A stretch of 64,000 nt of DNA from an uncultured Christensenellaceae bacterium. GTDB lineage: Bacteria > Bacillota > Clostridia > Christensenellales > UBA3700. Of this stretch, positions 52,160-62,448 are shown in pieces. The position numbers were made by a program, and so were the translations under genes. Positions within the stretch are counted from its first letter, which is position 1; each line of letters begins with the position of its first letter. Below the pieces are notes generated by a model that worked only from the letters and a program-made list of their open reading frames with translations, did no database searches and was not told the DNA's origin. The stretch is taken from the NCBI GenBank assembly GCA_944381365.1, contig CALWKW010000002.1, positions 257,952 to 321,951 on the forward strand, given 5' to 3'.

Positions 52160-54177
52160 ATGCTTATCTCCTTGTTGAATTTTGCATAGGTAATAAAGTA
52201 TGACAAAATTATAATTGCCGTCATGACTAATACTGAACAAACAACTGCCCAACCACTCAGTACATATAAGTACATAGAGTCGAATTCCAAATCAATAATC
52301 TGACAATGATACATTATTGGCAAGCTTATTGCCATAAAAAGCACCAAAGCTATCGCCAAAATGAAGAAATTGACAAAAAGATTATAGGCTATGAGGCTGT
52401 GCTTGTTGAATCCCGCCTGCCTCATGTTTCTGAAAAGTATTTTTTTTTCATCTGTTTCGAAAAGATTGAGATTGACCAAAAGTATTATGGCAAGCAATGC
52501 AAAAACACCGAATACAGGCATACCGATTTTGATGTTTAAATCATGTCTTTGCATAGCTGTTGTAATAAAAGTAGTATTAAGTTTGTCATGATAAAAATTA
52601 TCTTTTTTTACTTCTTCGATAGGCACGTAATATCCTACAGAAGAATCGAGATATAATTTAGGACCTATTTTGTCCAGACCGATTGCATATTCGTTGTCAT
52701 ATATTCCTACTATCGTAAAATCATATCCGTTGAGCTTAATATCTTTTTGAAGTTTGTTAAAATAACCTTGAAGATTAGCCATTACATCTTCGATTTCGCA
52801 ATCAAAACGAAAACACATATAGCCCGTAGAAGCAAGAACTTCTCTGTCTGTAGCATTTTCGTCTATTGATCTTCCTGCTATTACGGGCTCGCCGATATAA
52901 TTGAATATGCTGATTCCATTGTTGTTTACTCTTCCCATAAAACCGTTCTCTTCATAATACGAGAAAGACCCTATCGATAAGTAAAGTGCAGTAAGAGAAG
53001 GGTAAGGACGATAATCTTCAGGGAGTTTCCATGAAAATTTGTAGTCCAAAACATCGCTTTTAAAAATTCCGCTTATAATAAATTCTGCGTCATATTTAAG
53101 AAATAATTTATCTCCTACTTCTAATTTTGAATATTTTGCATTGAATTCAGAAATAAGTACTTCGTTTTCTTTTGTAGGTAACTTTCCTTCTTTAAGCTCA
53201 AAATGTTCTTTTTCTTTTTCAAAGTCGACAAATATGGTACACATCTGCCAATGGTCAGATTTAATGGCAAAAAAGCTATCCTCTTGTCGTTCCTGAACTT
53301 TGACAAACTCGACACCCAAAAGCTCAGCTTGCTTGCGAATAAGGCTGTCACTGCCGGATATGGCCTGAGTTGTACCAAAACAAAAACCCGTCAAAGCGAC
53401 AAACAGAAAGATTGTGCAAAATATAATTCTAGCAAGTTTTGCCTTTATGCCCCACGAAAATATTTTAAAAAACTTTTTGACACCTATACTTGTTTTTTTG
53501 CTTTGTATAGTACATTCTTTATCGTCTACATGTATATCTTCGGCAAAGCATTTATCCTCACATACTTCGCCTTCTTTCAAAGTAATCATTCTGTCGGCGT
53601 AATTTGCGAGCGTTTTGGGATTGTGTCCTACGCACAAAACAAGTCTTTCATGAGAAATTTCTTTGAGTATTTTATGTACTTCTTCGGCATTTTTAGGGTC
53701 AAGATTTGCAGTAATCTCATCGCAAAGAAGCACCTGTGTATCTCTCAGCAAAGCCTGTGCAATAGCTACTCTTTGTCTTTCGCCTCCGCTCAAATTGCGA
53801 GCCAATTCGTCTTTTTTATCCTCTATGCCGAGTTTCTTAAGAACTTCTAATCTTTTTTGTGCATCGGAGCAAAAAAATGAAAGTCCGTTGTCTACCGTAT
53901 CGTCCTCTATAAGAGCGGTAGACTGCGAAATGTATGCAAATATTTTTCCTCTCATATTCTCTTTGGCAAAAGTATTGAGAGAAGTCAATTTTTTATTGCC
54001 ATACCAAATTTCACCAGATGAGGGTTTTTCGAGAAGTCCTATACACTTCAAAAGCGTACTCTTTCCGCTTCCGCTTTCCCCTATGAGTGCGACAAAGCCT
54101 TTGTCCGGCAATTCAAGATTTATGTCCTGCAAAACCGCAAAATTATAGTTTTTGTTAAGTCCTATTATTTTAATCAT
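52144..54177 (-). CDS. Fused ABC transporter ATPase-permease (first of a tandem pair)
   Basis: 'GESGSGKSTL', 'LSGGERQRVAIAQAL', 'LLCDEITANLD'. C-terminal TM helices. Confidence 0.75.
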   Translation of the reverse strand: MIKIIGLNKNYNFAVLQDINLELPDKGFVALIGESGSGKSTLLKCIGLLEKPSSGEIWYGNKKLTSLNTFAKENMRGKIFAYISQSTALIEDDTVDNGLSFFCSDAQKRLEVLKKLGIEDKKDELARNLSGGERQRVAIAQALLRDTQVLLCDEITANLDPKNAEEVHKILKEISHERLVLCVGHNPKTLANYADRMITLKEGEVCEDKCFAEDIHVDDKECTIQSKKTSIGVKKFFKIFSWGIKAKLARIIFCTIFLFVALTGFCFGTTQAISGSDSLIRKQAELLGVEFVKVQERQEDSFFAIKSDHWQMCTIFVDFEKEKEHFELKEGKLPTKENEVLISEFNAKYSKLEVGDKLFLKYDAEFIISGIFKSDVLDYKFSWKLPEDYRPYPSLTALYLSIGSFSYYEENGFMGRVNNNGISIFNYIGEPVIAGRSIDENATDREVLASTGYMCFRFDCEIEDVMANLQGYFNKLQKDIKLNGYDFTIVGIYDNEYAIGLDKIGPKLYLDSSVGYYVPIEEVKKDNFYHDKLNTTFITTAMQRHDLNIKIGMPVFGVFALLAIILLVNLNLFETDEKKILFRNMRQAGFNKHSLIAYNLFVNFFILAIALVLFMAISLPIMYHCQIIDLEFDSMYLYVLSGWAVVCSVLVMTAIIILSYFITYAKFNKEISICSKS

Positions 54178-54549
54178 AAAATTCTCCTAATGGCTTTTGA
54201 CAGAACCAATAATTTCTATTGTTTATATTGTAGTATAACTATAGATATTTTGCAATAGGCAATTATTAATTCGTGTTCTTTCAAAAACATTGACAAATCA
54301 TAATCACTGGATTTGCTTCTTTAAAGATTTTCATCTTTTTTTTCATATTTGTTTTTTTTAATTTGTATTGTTGAAAATCATCTTGCCGAATAAAATATCT
54401 ATTATTTATTAGACGCAAAATTTGATATATAATGTGACATAAAAAAATAAAAAAGTCGAAAATTTTTCGACTTTTTTATTTTTGATAAACTATCTATCTT
54501 AAAATAATAATGATTTATCTATAAAATTTTCAAATCAAAATGGCAAACT

Positions 54550-55392
54550 TTAATCTTTCATATTGTACCATGATTTGATGTGGTGAATTGCTATACCGAA
54601 ATTTTGAGGCAATTTTTCTTTTAATTTGGACAATTCATTATACATATACACTTCCCCTTCTTCATAAAAAGTCACGATATCATCGTCATTTTCTCCCGTT
54701 TCCACTCCGAGGTTCAAAGTCTTGCCTACACTCAAAGCATAATCTATTTCGTTTTCTGCTGCCTTATAGATTTCTTCTGATGAATCTCTATAACTCATTA
54801 TCGTTATCTTTGACGCATTGTCTATAATATGCTCGTAGACAGGTTTTGCGGTGCCGTCAAAAAGTATCACATCGTCAAACCACAATGGGATATCGTACTC
54901 TATCCATAAATTCGGATAATCGGTTCTTAATACATATGTAAGATTGATAAATTTTTTCAAAAGCTCTGATCTTTTTTCTTCAAACAAAGGATGTTGATGA
55001 GGCTCTATATCAAAATGTATGCCTTTGAATTTATGAGGAGACATCTTTTGAAATTCTAAAAACTCGTCTATTTTCAAAACCAAATCACTGCTATCTTCTA
55101 TCCATTCGTATTTGCCTGCAAGCCATAGTACTTCTATGCCCTTTCTGTTGGCTTCTTTTATGAAATTACTATTTTTTTCTGAAAAAGAAGAAGTGTAATA
55201 GTAAATTTCATTGATGCCTTTTTCGCAAGCAAAATCGAGATATGAAGAGTCAAGGCGGTTATCCCACCACCATAAGCCGAGTGCTCTTTCATTGTCAGAA
55301 TTCTCTTTTAAATAGAAGACACCTATAATTATTCCTATAGCGATAGCTATCGCAAGCACTGCCGCTATAATGATTATTGCAATTTTTTTCAT
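54550..55392 (-). CDS. Membrane-anchored protein, possibly TIM-barrel glycoside-hydrolase-like (uncertain)
   Basis: 280 aa. N-terminal TM 'IAIIIIAAVLAIAIAIGIIIGVF'. No motif that I can name with confidence. Confidence 0.3.
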   Translation of the reverse strand: MKKIAIIIIAAVLAIAIAIGIIIGVFYLKENSDNERALGLWWWDNRLDSSYLDFACEKGINEIYYYTSSFSEKNSNFIKEANRKGIEVLWLAGKYEWIEDSSDLVLKIDEFLEFQKMSPHKFKGIHFDIEPHQHPLFEEKRSELLKKFINLTYVLRTDYPNLWIEYDIPLWFDDVILFDGTAKPVYEHIIDNASKITIMSYRDSSEEIYKAAENEIDYALSVGKTLNLGVETGENDDDIVTFYEEGEVYMYNELSKLKEKLPQNFGIAIHHIKSWYNMKD

Positions 55393-55585
55393 ATCTCACC
55401 TTTTTTCTATTTTTATATTATCATCAAAACCTAAAAATCTCAACAAGCATTCTGAATGATTTAAAGACTTTGATTTTACGATTTTATCCTTTATATATAC
55501 AATTTAAGACTTAGGTAAATTGTATATATAACTATATATTAATACTAATAAATATATAATATATAATATTAAGTAGAAAAATTTT

Positions 55586-56440
55586 TTAATTAAGATTTTT
55601 AGATTTATTTTGTGATGCCAACCAATTTTTGGGAGATAGTCCCGTGAATTTTTTGAACACATTGCTAAAATAATTCTGCTCTGAAAAGCCTGTCTTTTTT
55701 GCACATTCTTTGACGCTTATGCCCATACTTAAGAGTTGTTTTGCATGATTGATTTTTATATTGTTAAAATAATCAATAACGCCCTTTCCCGTAAAAGTAT
55801 TGAACACTTTTTTGAGATTGCTTTCGCTCATTCCGACATTTTCGGCAATAGCTTTTATGGATAAATTTTTATCCAGATTGTTTTTTAAAAAATTTATGAT
55901 ATTTTCAAAATACTTTGTCTTTCCGGAAACGACTACATTATCCGAATAAGACTGATTGTCGTATAAAGATATTATAAAGTTTTCCATTTTGTTTGCAAAA
56001 ATATGTGCTTTTATGTCGGCATTATTTTTGACTGACTTGACAAATATATCATTGAATTCAAAAATATTTTCAGCCATTTTAAGCAAATTGAATATATCTT
56101 CTTTTCTCTCTTTCGAAAGTTTGTAAATAGCTTTTTCTATATCAAACTCTCCCCCGACAGAAAACGAAACAATAAACAAATGCGGCATAGTCGATTTTTC
56201 CGCCCAAAGTCTGTGAAATTGCATGGGCTTTAAAAAAATAGCCTGATTTGCCCCTACATTATAAATTTTTTCATCTATCGAAACACCTATCTCGCCATCG
56301 AGTACGCATACTATCTCCCAAAAATCATGCTCCTCGCCATCAAAATAATAGCCTTTTGGATATTTGTACTCAAACATAGTGTACAATTTTTTTAAAAAAA
56401 ACTTTTTGCTTATATCGGTGCCCAAGCCTTCGTATTGCAT
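55586..56440 (-). CDS. AraC-family transcriptional regulator (cupin N-terminus plus HTH_18)
   Basis: C-terminal 'LSIKAIAENVGMSESNLKKVF...ECAKKTGFSEQNYFSNVFKKFTGLSPKNW'. Confidence 0.85.
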   Translation of the reverse strand: MQYEGLGTDISKKFFLKKLYTMFEYKYPKGYYFDGEEHDFWEIVCVLDGEIGVSIDEKIYNVGANQAIFLKPMQFHRLWAEKSTMPHLFIVSFSVGGEFDIEKAIYKLSKERKEDIFNLLKMAENIFEFNDIFVKSVKNNADIKAHIFANKMENFIISLYDNQSYSDNVVVSGKTKYFENIINFLKNNLDKNLSIKAIAENVGMSESNLKKVFNTFTGKGVIDYFNNIKINHAKQLLSMGISVKECAKKTGFSEQNYFSNVFKKFTGLSPKNWLASQNKSKNLN

Positions 56441-56553
56441 ATTTATCCTTAAATGTCTGATTTTATATAAAATTGACCTAATAGTCTATATACATATAAT
56501 ATCATATATGATAAAATAATTGCAAGACAACAAAATAAAAGGCGGAAAATAAA

Positions 56554-57825
56554 ATGAAAAAAATTGCAGTGCTAGGTTTTGGAGGAAGAGGAACGGGATA
56601 TTCATATCTATGCAAAAAAATGAAAAATGATTTTGAGATAGTAGCCGTCATCGACACTTCAAAAGACAAACTCAATCTTGCAAAAAAAATCTTAAAACTT
56701 GATGACAACCAGCTTTTCTCTTCGCTTGACGAGTATTTAAAACAACAAAAAAATGCAGATTGGATGTTTGTTTGCACGCAGGACAAATTGCATCTAGAAC
56801 ACTCCTTAAAAGCTATTCAAAAAGGATTTAATTTGCTTTTGGAAAAGCCTGTCGCTTGCACGGCAGAAGATTGTATAGAGATAGAAAACCAAGCCCAAAA
56901 ATATAATGTAGAAGTAGCGGTGTGCCATGTCTTGAGATATTCAAAGTATTATTCAAAAATAAAATCCATCATCGACAGCGGCATACTCGGTCAGATAATA
57001 GCAATCGATCAGGTGGAGAATGTGGGATATTGGCATCAGGCACATTCTTTTGTAAGAGGAGATTGGGGAAATTCGCAAAAAAGCAATCCCATGATACTTG
57101 CAAAATGCTGTCATGACCTTGACATAGCTGTATATTTGAGCGACAGCAAATGCGTACGAGTTTCAAGTCAAGGAAAACTGAATTTTTTTAATAAAGAGCA
57201 TGCTCCCGAAGGTGCGACACAATATTGTCTTGGCGGATGCAAGGCAAAAGATAAGTGCCCTTATGACGCAGAAAAACTCTATCTAGACACAATAAAACAC
57301 TTGCCCTCGTTTGCCATAAAATATATGTAGCCCCAATCAAGACTTATGAAAGACGGCGTAGTCACAAGAGCAAAGCTCTATGAAGCAATCAAGTCGACAG
57401 ATTTTGGCAAATGCGTATTCTTGTGCGACAACGATGTAGTCGATTATCAGGTGTCGACTATGATTTTTGAAAACGGCATTACATCTACTCTCACGATGAC
57501 GGCTTTTTCTGATAAAGTATACAGAGAAACACGCATTAGAGGAACTCTCGGCGACTTGCAATGCGACATGACAAAAAACTATATGATATTGAATATATTC
57601 GGAAAAAGAAAAAAGAGAATACTTTTAGGACTTGGCGGAGACCCTCACGGAGGCGGAGATTACGGATTGATAAAAGCACTTGCAAAAGACAACATAAAGA
57701 CAGATATTTCCAAGTCAATAGAAAGTCACCTTATAGCTTTTGCGTGTGAACAATCCCGACAAAACAACGGCATGCCCGTAAATCTTGATTCTCTAAGAAA
57801 AACAATAAGCGAAAAAAACAAATAA
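56554..57825 (+). pseudogene. Gfo/Idh/MocA-family oxidoreductase interrupted by a single in-frame TAG (57328-57330)
   Basis: ORFs 56554..57330 and 57346..57825 are in the same frame (offset 792 = 264 x 3). N-terminal Rossmann 'KIAVLGFGGRG' and an 'EKP' motif. The second ORF continues the C-terminal dimerisation-type domain. Confidence 0.6.
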
Positions 57826-57857
57826 TAAAAATAATTTTGAATTTATTTTTAAAAATA

Positions 57858-57888
57858 GAAAAGACCGGTTTTTGTCCGGTCTTTTTTG
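57858..57888. terminator. Bidirectional terminator hairpin
   Basis: AAAGACCGG-TTTTTGT-CCGGTCTTT flanked by A-runs and T-runs. Confidence 0.75.
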
Positions 57889-57929
57889 TCAATCCCAAAT
57901 TTTAGAGATAGCAATCTCATTTTTTTTGC

Positions 57930-60401
57930 TTAAAAGAGATTTTTTTCTTTGCTTTTTTCATCCAACCATATCAAAGTTTTGAGAGTATTCTTGGCACATC
58001 TTTCCATCTCGCCTCTCGTTATCATATCTTTTTTGCCGATGCTTTTGATGAGCTTTTTGTCTTTTTTATATCCCTTTGTGACATACTTCATATCGCCAGG
58101 CATCAAAACATCTACTTGTGCTCTTATTCTGTAAGCATTGTCCTCTATCTTCTCAAACTCGGGACTCTTGCTTCTTCTCATCCACCAATCGGTAATTACC
58201 GTTCCCTCATATTGCCATTCTTCTCTTAGCACCATAGTGGCCAAATCATAATTGTAATGGCTCCATACGCCGTTTATTTTGTTGTAGCTTGTCATTATAT
58301 TGATAGGCTTGCTTTCCTTGACGCAAATTTCAAAGCCCTTGAGATATATTTCTCTCAATGCTCTTTGAGATAATCTGCTGTCGTTTCTGTTTCGTTTTAC
58401 TTCCTGATTGTTGCAAGCAAAATGTTTGGGACAAGCACCTTTTCCTTGACTTTGAATACCGTTTATAAAAGCTGCCGCCATTTTTCCGCTGATAAGAGGA
58501 TCTTCAGAATAATACTCAAAGTTTCTTCCGCACAAAGGATTTCTGTGAATATTCATACCCGCTCCCAGCAAGATGTCTGACTTATAATATTCCATCTCTT
58601 CTCCTACTTTGGCATAAAGCTTTTCCACAAGCTCTGTATTCCATGTGCTTGCCAATGCCGTACCGCAAGGCAACAATGCAGTATAATATTGAATTCTTAT
58701 ACCCGCAGGTCCGTCCGTGGTAATTGCTGCTTTTACGCCTTTTTCTTCAAGCGAAGGGATTATGCCTCCGTAAGCTCCTGCATTGCCTTTTACTCCCTGA
58801 GGTGCATTCATGGCACCATAGCCTCTTGTCAAAGCCTGAAGCTCGTCATTTGAAAGCACGGACACAAACTCGTCAAGCGTAATTTTTTTGCTGAGGACAT
58901 CTTCAAATTTTTGTCCTTTGTATTCTTTTGGTCCGATGCTCTTTGGCAAAGCTGTTTGTATTCTCTCTTTGAGGCTGTAATCATCCTTTGGTACTTCTTC
59001 CTCTACTGCCATGATTTGTCCGTCAATACATTTTGCTTTTATTCTCATAAAAGGCTCTTTTACTTGACAAACACTGTTGAGCTTTGACAAAACTTCGTCT
59101 TTTTCAATCTCAAACTCTCCTGCTCTCAATTCTGCTCTTACGCTATTGCCGACAAAAACTGTATATTTTCCCTTTTCGAGAATAAAACAATCCTTTGTCT
59201 CACTATCCAAATAATCGTCAAACGATGCAAAATCATAATCGGAAAACTCTATATCGATATTCTGACTATCTCCCGCTTTTAAAAGTTTTGTCTTTTTAAA
59301 AGCCGCAAGCACTCTCGATGCTTTGCCGAGTCTTCCCTGAGGAGCTTTGACATAAACCTGAACTATTTCTTTGCCATCTCTTTTGCCTGTATTTTTTATG
59401 ACAAGACTTATCTTTATCTTGGATTTTGTCCTTGCAAAACTCTGAACTTTTATTTCAAAATCCGTATAGCTCAGTCCGTATCCGAAAGGATAAAGCACCT
59501 TTTCTTTTGCAAAAGTCTCGAAGTATCTGTATCCTACAAAAATATCTTCTCTATAATTGTTGTATTCCAATCCCCCGAAATTCTTTGCCGAAGGATATGA
59601 CTCATAGTCTACGGCAATGGTATCTGTAAGTTTTCCGCACGCACATACTTTTCCCGTGAGGACATCTACTACTGAATTTCCGCTTTCCATACCGCCTTGC
59701 CAAGCATACAGTATAGAAGAGATTTTGTCTTTGTATTTATTCTGCCAAGACATATCTATTACATTGCCTGCATCTATAAGCACCACTACTTGAGAAAATT
59801 CTGCACATACCTTGTCAAGCATATCTTCTTCTTTGTCGGTGAGATAATAGCTTCCCTTCTCAAGTTTGTTTTCTCTGTCTTCGCCTGCGGCACGACCTAT
59901 CACTACCAAAGCTACATCGTTTGTCTTTGCACTTTTTTCCACAAGCTTTTTGTCGAGAGGCATTTCTTCATAACTCATCGGCCAATGTCCCCACCAGCCA
60001 TCGCTAGGCTGATTGTCAGGATTTTTTGTCCATTTGACATATTCTTCTCTCACTTCTTTGTCAAGCAAGATATAGCCATCTTTTTCTGCCTCCAAAAGTG
60101 CATCGTCAAGACTGATTTTGTAAGGAGCATTGATATTTCCGCCGCTTCCGTAACCTACATAAAAATAATTTATCTGACAGCGACCGAATACTGCCACCCT
60201 CTTTTTGTTTTCTAAAGGCAATACCCCGTTGTTTTTGAGCAAGACTATACCTTCTGCTCCCGACTGTCTTATAAGTTTGGGCAAACCTTTTGTGATATAT
60301 CTCTCGCCGACCGCCTGATTCTCATCTTGCATAAGACCATTGCCGGTGAATCTGTCGCTTATTTTTCTGATAAGGTTTTCTATTTTGGTTTTGAGTCTCA
60401 T
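57930..60401 (-). CDS. Glycoside hydrolase family 3 (beta-glucosidase-like) with permuted domain order
   Basis: Start at MRLKTKI (ATG 60401 after GGAGGA). Alpha/beta-sandwich and Fn3-like segments come first ('LYAWQGGMESGNSVVDVLTG', 'VQVYVKAP'). The TIM-barrel segment with 'KHFACNNQE' and the nucleophile context 'GTVITDWW' is at the C-terminus. Confidence 0.8.
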   Translation of the reverse strand: MRLKTKIENLIRKISDRFTGNGLMQDENQAVGERYITKGLPKLIRQSGAEGIVLLKNNGVLPLENKKRVAVFGRCQINYFYVGYGSGGNINAPYKISLDDALLEAEKDGYILLDKEVREEYVKWTKNPDNQPSDGWWGHWPMSYEEMPLDKKLVEKSAKTNDVALVVIGRAAGEDRENKLEKGSYYLTDKEEDMLDKVCAEFSQVVVLIDAGNVIDMSWQNKYKDKISSILYAWQGGMESGNSVVDVLTGKVCACGKLTDTIAVDYESYPSAKNFGGLEYNNYREDIFVGYRYFETFAKEKVLYPFGYGLSYTDFEIKVQSFARTKSKIKISLVIKNTGKRDGKEIVQVYVKAPQGRLGKASRVLAAFKKTKLLKAGDSQNIDIEFSDYDFASFDDYLDSETKDCFILEKGKYTVFVGNSVRAELRAGEFEIEKDEVLSKLNSVCQVKEPFMRIKAKCIDGQIMAVEEEVPKDDYSLKERIQTALPKSIGPKEYKGQKFEDVLSKKITLDEFVSVLSNDELQALTRGYGAMNAPQGVKGNAGAYGGIIPSLEEKGVKAAITTDGPAGIRIQYYTALLPCGTALASTWNTELVEKLYAKVGEEMEYYKSDILLGAGMNIHRNPLCGRNFEYYSEDPLISGKMAAAFINGIQSQGKGACPKHFACNNQEVKRNRNDSRLSQRALREIYLKGFEICVKESKPINIMTSYNKINGVWSHYNYDLATMVLREEWQYEGTVITDWWMRRSKSPEFEKIEDNAYRIRAQVDVLMPGDMKYVTKGYKKDKKLIKSIGKKDMITRGEMERCAKNTLKTLIWLDEKSKEKNLF

Positions 60402-60795
60402 AATTCCTCCCAAGGTTTCTTATAAAATTTCCTGTCTTCATTTTAGCAAATGAATTTTGATTGGTCAATAGCATTTTAAATCAAACATAGCAGCAATTTA
60501 AAATTACCAAATTTATACCAATTTTTATGTTTTATCTAATTCATTGCAAATTCTTTAAATACTGTTTATATCATTAATTTTTCCAATTTTGTTTTATCTA
60601 AATGACATCTAAAAGCTAAAAAATATAATAATGAACAATGTCCTTTGCATACTATGAATATAAAAAACAATAAATAAAGAAGCTGCAAAATCGCAGCTTC
60701 TTTTGTGATGATTTTCGTCCTAAAATTATTGTTTAATGGCTAGTTTTGTATTATCTATTAGATATAATAAAGCTTGAATTTTTATAAATCCAGCC

Positions 60796-61254
60796 TTAGC
60801 TGTTTTTTAAAGACAACACGATTTTTATATCCCCCTTTCCGAGAATGCTTTTTAATTCTTGAGCTGTAATGTCTTTTATCTTGCCTAATCTGGTAAGGCT
60901 CCAACTGTTTGTATCATAATATATTACGAATTGATTGCCTTGATAAAGGATTATATCTCCTGCCTGAGTATTGATATATTTGTCATCGGCAGGCAAACTT
61001 TCAGATAGTCTTCCTACCTTTTCCATATTTGCGTAGTCTTGCATATCCAACTCTATATCGCTTTGCGTCAACATACTCTTTAGTTTTTGAGTGGCAGCAT
61101 TGTCTATCATCTCGGCAGTGAGTATTTTATCTCCTATCTTTATATACATTTCGTAAGACTTTGTCATATCGCCTTCCTCATAATCGTCTATACAGCCTGA
61201 AAATGCCGTCAGAATAATCAAACATATCAGTAAAAATATCGTTGTCTTTTTCAT
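60796..61254 (-). CDS. Lipoprotein, cyclophilin-like-fold family
   Basis: Lipobox 'FSGC'. 'AGDIILYQGNQFVIYYDTNSWSLTRLGKI' is typical of the cyclophilin-like small proteins. Confidence 0.55.
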   Translation of the reverse strand: MKKTTIFLLICLIILTAFSGCIDDYEEGDMTKSYEMYIKIGDKILTAEMIDNAATQKLKSMLTQSDIELDMQDYANMEKVGRLSESLPADDKYINTQAGDIILYQGNQFVIYYDTNSWSLTRLGKIKDITAQELKSILGKGDIKIVLSLKNS

Positions 61255-62426
61255 AGTTCTTCCGATGCAGTCTTAAGAATTGCCATAATATCGTTTTTAT
61301 CCAAAACCTTGTATCCGCCTTGCATAATAAATGTCGCACCTACTATGCCTTCGAGCATTTCGTCTCTTACGCCCAACTCTTTTATGTTCATGACAAGACC
61401 TATTTGTTTCATCCATGCCTGCATTCTGTCAAGACCTTCGTTTGCTATCTCGATATCCGATTTGTCTTTTTCTTCGACATTCCATACATTTATGGCAAAT
61501 CGTCTGAATTTATGCAAGCCGTAATTCATGATATATCTATAATATGCCATAGACACAGCTGACAAAGTCATTCCGTGAGTAGCGTCAGTATAGGCACCTA
61601 TTGCCTGTCCTATCATGTGTACTTCCCAGTCAGTAGTCTTGCCCATTGCCACAAGAGTGTTCAAAGCCATCGTAGCCGTCCACATGATATTGCTTCTTGC
61701 CTCATAATCTTGAGGATTTTCGACAGCGATTTTACTGCTGTGTACAAGCGATCTCATAAGTCCTTCCATGATATAGTCTGAAGTATTGTCGTCATCTCCT
61801 GAAAAATACTGCTCCATAATATGCGACATTATATCGAAAATACCCGACACCATCTGATATTTTGGCAATGTTAAAGTAAACATAGGGTTGAGAATGGAAA
61901 ACTTGGGAAAAACATTGTCCCCGAATACATGACCAATCTTAAGTTTTTGAGAATGATTTGTGATTACCGAACCGCCGTTCATTTCACTGCCCGTGCCTAC
62001 CATAGTCAATACGCAGCCGACAGGTATTATCTTGTTGTCCACATCTTGCATTTTTATAAAATACTTTTCCCAAGGGTCGCTGTCAGAATATGCGGATACC
62101 GAAACGGCTTTTGAATAGTCGCATACCGAACCGCCGCCCACTGCCAATATAAGGTCGATATTATTTTCTTTTGCGATCTTACAACCTTCATAGAGTTTTT
62201 CCACAGTAGGATTTGGCATTACGCCTTTGTCTTCAAAAATGTTTTTGCCGTTTGATTTTAATATTGATACTACTTTATCATAAATACCGTTTTTCTTGAT
62301 TGAATCCCTGCCGTAAACAAGCATTACATTTTTGCCATACAAAGGCAACTCTTTGTTCAAGCCCTCCAATGCGTCTTGTCCGAAATAAATTCTTGTGGGA
62401 TTGCAATATTCAAAATTTCCTAACAT
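61251..62426 (-). CDS. Iron-containing alcohol dehydrogenase (butanol dehydrogenase/YqhD-like)
   Basis: 391 aa. 'AVGGGSVCDYSKA' and the His-rich metal site 'IFDIMSHIMEQYF...HGMTL'. Confidence 0.85.
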   Translation of the reverse strand: MLGNFEYCNPTRIYFGQDALEGLNKELPLYGKNVMLVYGRDSIKKNGIYDKVVSILKSNGKNIFEDKGVMPNPTVEKLYEGCKIAKENNIDLILAVGGGSVCDYSKAVSVSAYSDSDPWEKYFIKMQDVDNKIIPVGCVLTMVGTGSEMNGGSVITNHSQKLKIGHVFGDNVFPKFSILNPMFTLTLPKYQMVSGIFDIMSHIMEQYFSGDDDNTSDYIMEGLMRSLVHSSKIAVENPQDYEARSNIMWTATMALNTLVAMGKTTDWEVHMIGQAIGAYTDATHGMTLSAVSMAYYRYIMNYGLHKFRRFAINVWNVEEKDKSDIEIANEGLDRMQAWMKQIGLVMNIKELGVRDEMLEGIVGATFIMQGGYKVLDKNDIMAILKTASEEL

Positions 62427-62448
62427 AATATTTCTCCTAAAAATGATT

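Noticed and set aside
52160-52252. An N-terminal extension of the ABC gene (ORF-track start at 52252) that overlaps the upstream ABC gene by 109 nt.
   Set aside because: The extension (MGSCLFSISHDGNYNF...) precedes the conserved ABC N-terminus 'MLEVIGINKKF'. The start at ATG 52159 gives a normal short overlap.
55504-55704. A 66-aa minus-strand ORF overlapping the 3' end of the AraC gene and its downstream AT-rich spacer.
   Set aside because: It is out of frame with a well-supported gene, and its low-complexity I/Y/L-rich tail comes from the AT-rich spacer.
57328-57330. Interpreting the in-frame TAG as pyrrolysine.
   Set aside because: No pyl genes or PYLIS-like context are visible in the window, and the enzyme family is not a known Pyl user. 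This cannot be excluded without the whole genome, so the site is reported simply as an interrupted gene.
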